Made by a program: the position numbers and the translations under genes
The notes under the pieces: generated by a model
Told to the model about the DNA's origin: nothing
The model's input: the letters and a program-made list of their open reading frames with translations, nothing else
The model's database searches: none
Part shown: positions 24,801 through 35,180 of the stretch, one piece after another
Layout: every line of letters starts with the position of its first letter
Numbering within the stretch: the first letter of the stretch is position 1
Origin: Callorhinchus milii
Taxonomy: Eukaryota
Assembly (NCBI RefSeq): GCF_018977255.1
Contig: NW_024704755.1
Location: 15,438,001-15,502,000 of the forward strand
Direction: 5' to 3'
Length of the DNA stretch: 64,000 bases

Positions 24801-25189
24801 TGACTCTCTCCTCGTTTCCACCAGAAAACTGTAATGTCTGAACTTTGTTGAGCATTGACAACCCTGCAGGTGAATTTAACGTTTTCACCTCGCAATGCTG
24901 TCGTTGCTGTAGGATATTGGGTCACTTTCACCGATGCATCACCAGCAACTGTCATGAAATGAATTAAATTATTATTAGTGATTATACATAGGAATAAAAG
25001 TGACAAAAACAAATGGAGAGAGCGAGAGAAAGGTGAGAGAAGGTTAGGGAAGAAAAATGTTTACTGAATTTTTTTTTAAACCTCTTCATCTTTATCATTT
25101 TGCATTTAAACTGTACTGCAGTAAAGTTACATACCTGTGGCAATAATTCCCATAAGAGAAAGATAGGAGATCACATCACTCGCCATCAT
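15852..25189 (-). CDS. Gene B: intact inhibitory-type VJ-C1-TM receptor with ITIM/ITSM-like tail (NCR3/SIRP-like Ig superfamily), 407 aa
   Basis: Exons: L 25135-25189; V 24643-24948; C1 20837-21160; TM 19955-20062 (WIAGGAAGGGLVFLLLLIIIG); cyt1 17582-17625; cyt2 17057-17167 (VAYVTL, TVYAQ); cyt3 16488-16589 (VTYAEV, TVYAQ); cyt4 15852-16025 (TEYAEL). All introns are GT-AG; 1224 nt open frame to the stop. Confidence 0.88.
17990..18905 (+). mobile_element. CR1 3' fragment split by a SINE insertion
   Basis: ORF 18103-18288 (RFTKMIPG..LPYEQRLEQLGLFHLEQRFGGDLREVFKIMRG) precedes the SINE; CR1 3' sequence resumes at about 18630. Confidence 0.65.
18301..18618 (+). mobile_element. Full-length tRNA-Ala DeuSINE
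   Basis: Same head, core and tail as 1142-1463. Perfect CTCGC/GCGAG anticodon stem. Possible TSD ttcagtg on both flanks. Confidence 0.85.
21263..21591 (-). mobile_element. Full-length tRNA-Ala DeuSINE about 100 bp upstream of the gene B C1 acceptor
   Basis: Reverse-complement copy of the SINE. Absent at the equivalent site in genes D (48620-48660) and E (63620-63660). Confidence 0.85.
22622..23213 (-). mobile_element. Solo LTR (592 bp) in the gene B V-C1 intron
   Basis: TG...CA termini and 4-bp TSD gtac (22618-22621, 23214-23217). Minus-strand TATAAA at 22807-22812 and AATAAA at 22704-22709. Empty site in gene D (about 49540, ctagtaccacggg). Confidence 0.75.
24245..24440 (+). mobile_element. 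5'-truncated DeuSINE
   Basis: Deu core and (ATT)n tail without the tRNA head. Similar partial copies at 50128-50330 (+) and 55688-55835 (-). Confidence 0.7.
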
Positions 25190-25280
25190 TGTGATCGGTT
25201 GTTGAGACTCACCCTGAACCAGTTGTTGGTGTAACAAACGTTTGCTGACTGTTTAATAAGAAATATCTCGCAGTGTCGTT

Positions 25281-25301
25281 TGACTTCCTGTGTCTGTGGT
25301 T
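25281..25301. promoter_or_regulatory. Candidate proximal promoter Ets + RUNX composite of gene B
   Basis: tgACTTCCTGtgtcTGTGGTt about 95-110 bp upstream of the ATG. The Ets core is present or varied at the same position in the paralogs (2981, 12284, 40765, 51313). Confidence 0.45.
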
Positions 25302-25755
25302 CAGAGATGAATTGGATTTGATTGGCATAGAAAGTTGTGCTTTTTAATAGTAACTGGAATCACTCCTCAGATCGGCAGGAAAAGGGAGGGTAAAATATTG
25401 TAATGTCTGTGTTTTTTTTTCTGCATATTGTAGTATTTCATAGTAAACATTCACGTTTATAATTATATAAGAAAATTAGGCTGAAATACAGACTGAGAGA
25501 CATGCTCTTCAGTTTAATGATGATAATAATCCTTGCATTTGATTTAGCGTTTTATCATGTAGTGTATACTATAAAGTGAATTGACTGTAAATTTTGTGGG
25601 CAAAACGTGAATAAAGCAAAGGTTAATTTGTTGCATTGTAAAACTAATGCTAAAGCAATTTCCCAAACCAAGAGATACCCAGAGAACCGCTTTCACTTTA
25701 GGAGAAATTCTATGAAATTGTTAACCTGAACAAGCAGCGCGGATCTCGTTTCAAC

Positions 25756-26679
25756 AACAACAACAACAACAAGATTCCATTTATAAAGCGCCTTTCACGT
25801 CAGGAGGACGTCCCAAGGCGCTGCACAGTTGGGTCATGACCTGAGCATGGGGGAAATGGTCAGGGTGAGGGGAGGGAAGGGAGGGAGCGAGGAGGGGGAA
25901 ATGGTCAGGGTGAGGGGAGGGAAGGGAGGGAGCGAGGAGGGGAAGAGAGTCGAGAGGGGAGCTGAAGGCACGGTCAAAGAGAAAGGTTTTGAGACCGGCC
26001 TTGAAGGAGGAAAGGGAGGAAGCAAGGCGAAGGCACTGGGGGATGGAGTTCCAGAGCCTAGGGGCTGAGAGGCTGAAGGCCCGACCACCGATGGTAGGGC
26101 GGTTGGGGCGGGGGACGTGGAGCAGACCAGAGCCAGAGGAACGGAGGGTACGGGCAGGTAGGTAGGGGGATAGTAGGTTGGAGAGGTAGGAGGGAGCAAG
26201 GCCGTGAATGGCCTTGTAGGTGAGGATGAGGATCTTGAAATCAATCCTCTGGGGGATGGGGAGCCAGTGGAGGCGAGCGAGGGTGGGAGTGATGTTGTCC
26301 CGAAGCCTGGTGCAGGACAGTACACGAGCTGCAGAGTTCTGAATGACCTGCAGCTTGTGGAGGGAGGTGGTGGGAAGGCCGGCGAGGAGAGAGTTCCCAT
26401 AGTCCAGCCTTGAGGTGACAAAGGCGTGGACCAGGGTTTCAGCAGCGTGAGGGGTGAGGTAATGCCGTAGTCTGGCGATGTTCCGAAGGTGATGGAAGGC
26501 GGTGCCAGTTGTGGTGTGGATGTGAGGGAGAAAGGACAGCTCAGGGTCGAACAAGACGCCGAGGTTCCTGACTGGCTTTGAGAGGTGGAGAGTGCAGCCT
26601 TGGATGCTGATGGTGTCAGCGCCTGAGGTGCGGAGGCGCTGACGTGAGCCAATCAGGAGGGCCTCGGTTTTTCGCACGT
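25756..26679 (-). mobile_element. Young 5'-truncated L2 LINE
   Basis: Stop-free 298-codon ORF (KTEALLIGS...RNLGVLFD...HAFVTSRLDYGNSLLAG...LHWLPIPQRIDFKIL...KTFLFDRAF), (TTG)n tail, 7-bp TSD tttcaac, 45-bp internal tandem duplication. Absent upstream of gene D. Confidence 0.9.
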
Positions 26680-27589
26680 TTTCAACTTCTCATGTTAAGG
26701 ATATGAATAATTTGAATAAATATATATATATATAGCACCCATCACACGGAGTAGCGGCTCCGAGCGTCTGAAACTACAGCTACGACAATACAGAACTCAG
26801 CCATTACAGCATTGGAGCTTCAGCCTAGAATGTTAGCTCAAAGTCTCGACTTTCGACTTGAACTGACAAACTTCTGATTGAGAGGGAACATCAGACCCGT
26901 GTTGAGAGAACAGAAAGATAGAGCGGAAATAAAGATGACATTTGTCCCTGTGATGACCTTCACACATTAGGGGAATTGAGTCACTTTGTTCGTAGCATTG
27001 CTAGCAACTCAGAAAGTAAGTTCAAGCATTGATTTACGCGTCAAAGCATCCTCTGAAAGGCTGTATATCAATGACATTTGTTGTTGTTGATTTCTTAGAT
27101 TAAGTGCCGTGGAGAAAACGAAAGAGCAAAAGAGGAAAATAAAACATAACTATATTGAATTGAACTTGCAAACATTGATGGATTCTGAGCTATAGGATGA
27201 ACACATACCTTTAAACATCATATGTGTAAGACAGACAGGTACAGAAAGGCAACATTCACTATGTCTGACTCGGATGGTTGTAACATGCGAACGTTGATAA
27301 TATGTTATAGAAGTTGCTGTGACACTGACTTCCTGTTTCTTTTGCTTCGTGAAATGTAGCTGGTGTGGTCGGTGCAATGTGAAACCACAAGTTACAAAAA
27401 CAATGTGAAAATAACAACACATCCTATTAATAGCAGAGAAAAAGCTGAACACGTATCTAAACATAAAAAAAGTATTCAGTGTTACTGTTGAACTTGCAGC
27501 GTTTTCCAAAACAGGACGGTTGTTTTGAGCATCAAGGTATGGAGTTAGTATTTTCAGAAATATACCAATTCGGTGAAGTTTCTTTTCTA

Positions 27590-27800
27590 GAAGAGAGAGA
27601 GAGCAACAGACAGACAGACTGAGAGAGAGAGAGAGACTGAGAGAAAGAATCAGAGAGAGAGAAAGAGATACTGGGGGAGAGATATTGAGAGAGAGAGACA
27701 GAGAGAGAGAGACTGAGAGAGAGAGAAGAGAGACACAGCGAAAGAGAAAGACTGAGATACACTAAGAGAGAAAGAGCGAGAGCGAGACAGAGAGACTGTG
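27590..27800. repeat. (GA)n-rich tract upstream of gene B
   Basis: Direct observation; paralogous tract at 52830-52940 upstream of gene D. Confidence 0.7.
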
Positions 27801-28084
27801 AGTGAAAATATATTAACGGAATGTTCCCACAGAGTCTTCCCAAAAGGAGACCTCCCACAGGACCTCCTTCAATCTGAGTACAGTGTCTAAATAAAATGTG
27901 TGTCTGTCTGTCAATCTACAATCCATATTGGATCCTTTTGGTTGCAAGCGAAGCTGCAATGGGTACAGCTATAATTCTATATATAGTTACGTTATTTTCT
28001 CCTCTTTTATACCTTTGTTTTCTCCATTGGCACAAAATGTAAGAAATCGGTATTTGAATCTGCTTTCTGACAATACAATTGTAT

Positions 28085-28400
28085 GGTGGTGGCAGGGACC
28101 ATGGCCTACTCCATGGGAAAAGGCATCATCCTCTGTAAGCAGAAGGAGGAGAGGGAGGAAAATAAGACCTGGCAACCGATGTCGGTGCTGAATGTAGATG
28201 ATAATACCCTGGCAAGGGAATCTCCGAGTGGATTAGCACAATACTGTGAGAGTGATCTGCTCTGCCCAGACCTGTGTGGTTCCAGGCTGGAGGATCTCTG
28301 ATAGCTTCGCGATACTGAGGGACACCATCGCCCATGTGCAGGAAGGTGGGAGGGCAAAATCTTACTGATCCATGTCAATCAGAGTAAACCTTTGACAGAG
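28085..28400 (+). mobile_element. Tx1/L1-clade RT fragment
   Basis: KTWQPMSVLNVDDNTLAR...AQTCVVPGWRISDSFAILRDTIAHVQ; homologous to 14590-14790. Confidence 0.65.
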
Positions 28401-29904
28401 TGACTGGTCTGCCCTATCATTGCTTGAATAGCGAGGACCACTCTACCCATTACAGTTTTGGCCTCCAGAGTTAGCAGAAGATATCTCGCTCTCAGTGACA
28501 GATCTGCACCGACTCGATTGCAACATTCTTTTGCCAATCAAATATATTGGACCTAACTTAGCCACAAGGAGACCCAGTTTGCTTCCTCCCAACAGGGACA
28601 GTCATTCGTGGGAATTAGATAACTATTCAATCACAGATTATGGTCTGCACTGTATGGATAACAGATTCCTGGAATTCCCTTTGAAGCTCTTTGTGAGCAG
28701 CACAACTAAGCATTGAATGTGTGAGAGGATAGAGCCCCAAACTCATGCTCCTCTCGGCACACATTCGTACCGATTGAGTGGCTGAACCAGTTGATACGGT
28801 GCCATTTCACTGAAGCATTGAGTGAATCAATGAACAATAAACAACCTCAAGATTTTTTTTAAAAAAGGCTTGTGTTAAAACAGGACAAACACAGTAATGC
28901 CCACAACACACACAGCTACAACACTTACAGTATATCCTGCAAAACATTTTCTGATATCGTGACCACGTGATAAGGCACTATATCAAATTCATAGTTATTT
29001 TTAAATATCATTTCGAAGTAAACCCAAAGCACAGCTCTGGCTGCACTTGTGGAGAACCAGCACAAAGGCGTAGATCACCAGAATGATATGTCTCATGTCG
29101 TTAAAATGTACATCTGTCATGCACTGATAATAAAATATTGTACACAATAGGTACAGCTACTTCACCATTCTTTGAGAATCAATTAATGCAAAAGCCGCTA
29201 ATACATGGAAATAGTTAATAAACTGCTCTATTTTTAACTTGAGAGAGCAAATTGTTTGTAATGCAATTATTTATCGACATTTTCAAATACAGTAGAACCA
29301 TTAGGGCTTGAACACTTGGTTGTTTCATGTTTGGTATATTTTTTCAGCGCCTTGGGACGTCCTCCCGACGTGAAAGGCACTCAATAAATGGAATCTTGTT
29401 GTTGTTGTTTTTAGTTGAAACGTGAACAGTTCAACGCCCATGCCACAATTGTTTCACTGCGTTTGACGAATTGTACCAGTTTTGTTGATCCACCTTTAAG
29501 CTAGCCTGTACCAAATGTTGTTTCATTAATGCTGAAGAGCAATTTATGTTTATATTGATTGAAAGGCTGATTAAAAATGTTAAACAATAGTTCTTAAGCT
29601 TCACACTCTGGTTTTAGTTTGTGGCAGTTAAAATGCCATTTTTTAATCAAATAATTCAGTCGTGACCTTTACAAATCTGATCAGATTCATATTAAAAATA
29701 CTTTTTAGCATTTAAATATGGATTATAGATATAGCAAGCAATATTTGCCAAAAAAATTCTGAAGGCAATAATGTAATAATAAATGTAGTTATGGTTGAAC
29801 CAGATGCAAAAAGAGAAAAGCAGCCCAGGACTAAGATGCTAATTATTCGACATAGTGGAAAACTGCATCTTACATACACCATATCAGTTTCTTTGCCTGT
29901 TGCA

Positions 29905-29979
29905 TTACACAGATCTTGGTTCTCTGAAGATAGCTGCTGCTGCTCCTCCATGGTTTCTCACATGTAAATCTGCATACTC
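29905..29979 (-). pseudogene. Orphan 3' fragment of an inhibitory-type terminal exon
   Basis: EYADLHVRNHGGAAAAIFREPRSV*, with downstream sequence homologous to the B and D 3' flanks. No upstream exons found. Confidence 0.7.
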
Positions 29980-30289
29980 TAATGGTGTGTTAATGGTACT
30001 TTTATACATAACTAAATATAAATATAACTTTATATATAAATTTATATATAAATAACTATACCACTTAGCGTTTATTTAATAATGGGAAGTTATATATTTA
30101 TTGATATACTAGTTGTACCCATTGCAGCATTGCTTCCAACCAAAGGATACATTTTCATATTATACCTGACGAATTTCCTCTCAATCACATTGACAGTCAC
30201 CTGCCTTCTCTCCCTGGCTTGGCAGAAAGCTCAACCAACACCAATAACAGCAACTTTCCTTTATATAGCGCACCTCATGACTTGCTTGA

Positions 30290-31140
30290 CAGTGGCAGAG
30301 CATGATACTGAGCAGGGGGGAGAGGGAATGGGACCGTAGACAAAATCGAATAGCAAGATCTTCAAGTGCAGCCTCCAGATAGGGAAGGAAGAGGTAAATC
30401 CAAAGGATAGAGGAAGAATGTTCCAGAGTTTTGGTGCATAATGGCTGAAAGCACAGCCACCTATGTGGAATAGAGGACATGCAGGAGTCCGGAGCCAGTG
30501 GGTTGTGGGTTGGAGGTTAAGCATGTCGGAGAGGTAGGGAGGTGCCATGACTGTAATGGAAAATAATAATAATAATAATAATAATCCTTGCATTTGATAT
30601 AGCGCTTTTCACATCGGGAGGACGTCCCAAAGTGCTTCACAGAATACACTGTAAAGTGAATTGACTGTATATTTATGGGCGAACGCGGCAGCCATTTGCG
30701 CACAGCAAAGTCCCACAAAGAGTCATAGATTGAAAATGACCAATTTATTATTGTTTCTGGTTTTGGAGGGATTATTATTATTATTATTAGGCATGTGGAG
30801 TAAGGAAACTTGCCCAAGGTTTTGCCCTGCCTGGAATTGAACTCAGGTCTCTCGCTTGCAAAGCGAGTGCTCTAACCACTGAGCTACAGGACTCCACGTG
30901 AGTGTGAGGATCTTGAAATTGATCCATTCGTCTATAAGGAGACAGTGGATCCTGGCTATAACTGATGTGATGGGCGTATGGAGTTTAGTATGGCTGAGTA
31001 TATGGGCGACGGGGTTTTGGATCAGCTGATCCTGCACTTCGTGGAGCTGGGGAGAAAGGCAAAGCGGGCCTTTGAAAAGTCGAGTTGGGAGGGGACCAAA
31101 CACTGTTAAACACGCTGAGATGCTTTCCCACATCAACGGT
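30290..31140 (-). mobile_element. L2 fragment with a nested full-length DeuSINE (30562-30892)
   Basis: L2 RT C-terminal motifs (WINFKILTLT, APPYLSDML, FSHYAPKLWN) on both sides of a reverse SINE copy. Confidence 0.75.
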
Positions 31141-31269
31141 GCAATATAAATGCATGTAGTTATTGTGTAAGTGAGATAAATAAGAGGGAGCTCATGTGGA
31201 TTTTACCACCACATTGGCTAGATAGGATGAATGGCCTCTTTCCATGCTATATCACTCTATGTTACTCTT

Positions 31270-32400
31270 TGTAATTCTAACAGGTCACAAACGACATGCT
31301 TTCCATCTGTGACCAGTGCTCCCTCTACCTCCTCGTTCTCCGTGACCTCTCTGCTGCCTTCGATACCATGGACCACTCCATCTTCCTCCACTGCCTCTCT
31401 TCTTACCTGAACCTTGAAGAACCTGTCCTTGAGTAGTTCAGGTCTTATCTCTTACACTGTCTCCAACTTGTCTCTACTAACAGTTTCTCTTCCAGTCCCC
31501 GCACAGCATAGACTTGTGCAGTGTTCTCAGTCCCCTCCTTTTGAAACTCTACATGCTCCCCCTTGATGACACCATCCCTAGATATGGAGTCATGTATGCG
31601 GATGACACCGAACTCTATCTCTCTGCCTCCATCCTTGATTCCATGACAACTGACTTCCTGACAGACTGTCTGTCACACATCAAGTCCTGGATGAGAGCCA
31701 AGTTTCTTGAGCTGAATGTTAGCAAAATCGAGGACCTCGCGCCAGCATCTCCCCATCTCAGGCACTGGCAGAAACAACATCGACGGATGCACACTCCACC
31801 TCAACAAGCCATTCAGGAACCTGGGCATCTTGATCAAACTACAACAATCCTTTCTCCACAGTATTCATGTCATAATCCACTCTGCCTTCCCCCATTTCTG
31901 TAACATTGCCCGACTCCACCAATGCCTCACCCCGCAGGCTGCCGAAACCTTCATACATGCATTCGTCACTTCAAGGCTGAGCTATATGAATAACCTCTTT
32001 GTCAGTGTCCCCAAGTCTTCCCTCCATAGGATGCAGATCATCCAGAACTCTGCAGCTCATAGCCTCTCAAACACCCCAACACCCACCCCCTTGCCTGGCT
32101 CCACTGGCTCCCCATCCCTCAGAGAACAGCATTTAAAATCCTAGTCCTCACTTTCAAGGCCCTCCGTGGCCTTACAAATCACTTCATGCACCTCCTTAAA
32201 TCCCAGACCTGCTGACCAGTATTCTAAATGCCCCTCGTTCCTCCAGTCCAGCATCAGTGGCTGTGATTTCTGCCTCCTCTTTGACCTTGCCTACGATCGC
32301 TTCCCTCCTCTCCCTGGCTCTGCATTAATCTCTATCACTATTAAGTGCTTAGACACAATACTGTCGTGCAGGTGGCTATATAAATGCAAATTGTTGTTGT
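31270..32400 (+). mobile_element. Degenerate L2 RT fragment
   Basis: YMLPL...YADDTELY...CLSHIKSWM...RNLGI...HAFVTSRL across frameshifted ORFs 31514-32144. Confidence 0.75.
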
Positions 32401-32614
32401 ATTTATACTACAAGTCGAATAACTAGTATTAATAAGATGTGTTGTCATTTTCAGAGTGTTACTTTAGAACAGTGGTTTCACATTGTACCCAACACACCAG
32501 CTACATTTTACAAACCCAAAGAAACAGGAAATCAGCGTCATAGCAACGTATTCTGTATCAAATTATCCACATCTGCGTGTTACAGCCTGTCAGAGCCTGA
32601 GTCAACAACAACAA

Positions 32615-34330
32615 CAAGTTGGATTTATATAGCGTCCTCCATGCCGGACGACGTCTCAGAGCACTTTACTGTAACGGATCCCGGGGTTGAGCCAGGGTGA
32701 TGGGGAGGAATGTGACCAAAGGCGCAGTCGAAGGGAAAGGTCTTCAGCAGGGAACTGAAAATGGGAAGGGAGGGAGTGAGGCAAAGGGAGTGAGGAAGGG
32801 AATTCCATACCCTCAGGGCATAGTGGCTGAAGACACGGCCCCCAAGGGTTGAGCGGAGGACTCGGGGGATGAGGAGGAGGTCAGACCCGGAGGAATAAAG
32901 GCAACTGATACTGTTTTGAGGAGACAGGAGGTCAGAGAGGTCGGGGGGTGCAGAGTAGTGCAGGGATTTGAATGCAAGGGTGAGGATCTTGAAGTCGATC
33001 CTCTCTGGGACAGGCAAGCCAGTGCAGTCTGGCAAGGACTGGGGTAATCGGGGAACGAAGTTTGGTGCGGGTGAGAATGTGGGCATCAGAGTTTTGATGA
33101 TCTGGATTTCATGGATGGTAGTGGATGGGAGACCGGCAAGGAGGGCATTAGAATATTCCAGCTGAGAGGTGACAAAGCCACGGACTAGGGTTTCAGCAGC
33201 TTTCGGAGAGAGGTATTGGTGGAGGTGGACAATGCGTCGGAGGTGGAAGAAGGCGGTGCTGGTGAGGGAGTGGATTTGGGGGAGGAAGGATAATTGGTGG
33301 TCGAACCTGATGCCTCGGTTGTGTACGGGTTCGGAAAGTTTTAGGGGGATGTCAGGTAGGTGGAGGAAGTGAGAACTGTGACATTTTAGATGTTAACGAG
33401 AGCCAAAGAGTTCAGCTGAAGTAAATTTGCGCTCATCCAGCCCCTGAGATCTGACGGGCAGGCTGACAGAACATCAGGGACTGAGGGTTGCAAAGAGAGG
33501 TGGAAAAATGGAGTTGGGTGTCGTCCGTGTACATGTGGAAATGTACCCTGTGTCTGTCAATGACATTCCCAAGAGGGAGCACGTAGATCAGAAAGAGTAG
33601 GGGGCGAAGGATGGATACTTGGGGGACCCCGCAGGTGACCAGTGAGAACGGGAGGAGAAGCCATTTGTGCAGATGTACTACTGGCGGTTGGTGAGGTAGG
33701 ACTCGAACCAGACGAGTGCGGTCCCACTGAGGTGGATGACGGAGGAAAGGCGGTGGAGGACGATGGCGTGATCGACTGTGTCAAATGCCGTGGAGAGGTC
33801 CAGGAGGACAAGGAGACAGAGGGAACCCTGGTTACAGATAGAGAGGATGTTGTTTGTGACTTTCACAAGCGTAGTCTCTGTACTGTGGGCAGGGCAGAAA
33901 CCGGACTGGAGGGGTTCAAGGAGGGAGTGGAAGGAGAGGTGTGCACAAAGTTGATTGGCACCAACGCGGTTTAGGACTTTTGCGAGGAAGGGCAGGTTTG
34001 AAATGGGGCGGTAATAGTGGGTGACAAGATGCAGGTGGATGAGGCTGCCTGGCGGATGTTGTGAATTTTAGATGAAAAGAAGTCCATGACCTCTTTGCAC
34101 TTGGCATTTGATATGAAGATTGAGGAGGCCTGAGGGGGGCACGAAGGAGATAGTGCGTGGTGGAATAATGGATTTTAAAGTTGTATTTTGCCTCCAAGAT
34201 GATGTTGGAATAGAAGGCAGCTTTTGCGCGTGTCAAGGAACAGCAATAACTGTGGAAATGCTCGAGCCACAATTGGCAGTGGACTGTCAGGCCAGTTTTC
34301 CACCATCTGTGCTCGAGCAGCCGGGTTTGG
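32615..34330 (-). mobile_element. Degenerate L2 ORF2 fragment
   Basis: [16 protein letters not shown]..., ERIDFKILTLAFK..., and a (TTG)n tail at about 32605-32615. Confidence 0.75.
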
Positions 34331-34699
34331 GCTTTTAGGCGGTGTAGATGGTTGTTGTCATAACGAGTATTTCTGTACCTCTGTACATATGATTTCTAAA
34401 GGTATGAAACTCAGAAACCCAAAAATGTGCTCAAATTCATTTCAATATGGTTATGATTTTTTCCTCTTTCGCTCCTTCATTTTCTCCATGGCACTAACCT
34501 AAGAAATTATAGAATCATAGAATTATACTGAACAGAAGGAGGCCATTTGGCCCATCGTGTTTGTGCCGGCCCTTTAAAAGAGCCATCCAAATCAATTCCA
34601 CGCCCCCTCTCTCCGCTTAGACCTGACCATTGTCCGCCCCAAATAATTAGACTAAATAGTGAGCCACCCGGGGGATTGTTCGAAAGAGAGGGAGGGTGG

Positions 34700-35180
34700 A
34701 GAGGGAGGGTGGAGAGATGAGGGAAAGAGAAATAGTGATTGTATCAATCAATACGTGAGAGAGAGGAGAGAGACAGTGACAGAGGGAAGCGAAAAGTGGA
34801 GAGAGAGACAGTGGGAGCTGAAAGAGCGATAGCAAGACAGTGATTGAAGGATATTTTGTGAGGTAAGGGAGAGTGTTTGTGGGAGAGGGGTTCAATGAGA
34901 GAGAGAAATTGAAAGTGTGTATGAGTTTGTGAGAGAAACAGAGGCAGGGGTGGGAGAGAGTGATTGAGAGAGAGAGGAGAGAGATTGTATGAGAGGGGAA
35001 AAGTGTGGGAGAGCATGTGTGAGAGAGGGAACAAGAGAGTCATGGAGTGATCGAGCGAGTGTGTGAGAGGGAGAGAGAGAGAGAGTGTGTGCAAGAGCGA
35101 GCATGAGAAAGAGTGATTGAGAGAGAGAGAGCGAGAGAGAAAGAGAGAACAGATAGAGAGAGATAGAGAGAGAAGTGAGG
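34700..35180. repeat. GA-rich polypurine tract (cassette 2)
   Basis: Direct observation; paralog of 6280-6720 and 59000-59505. Confidence 0.8.
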
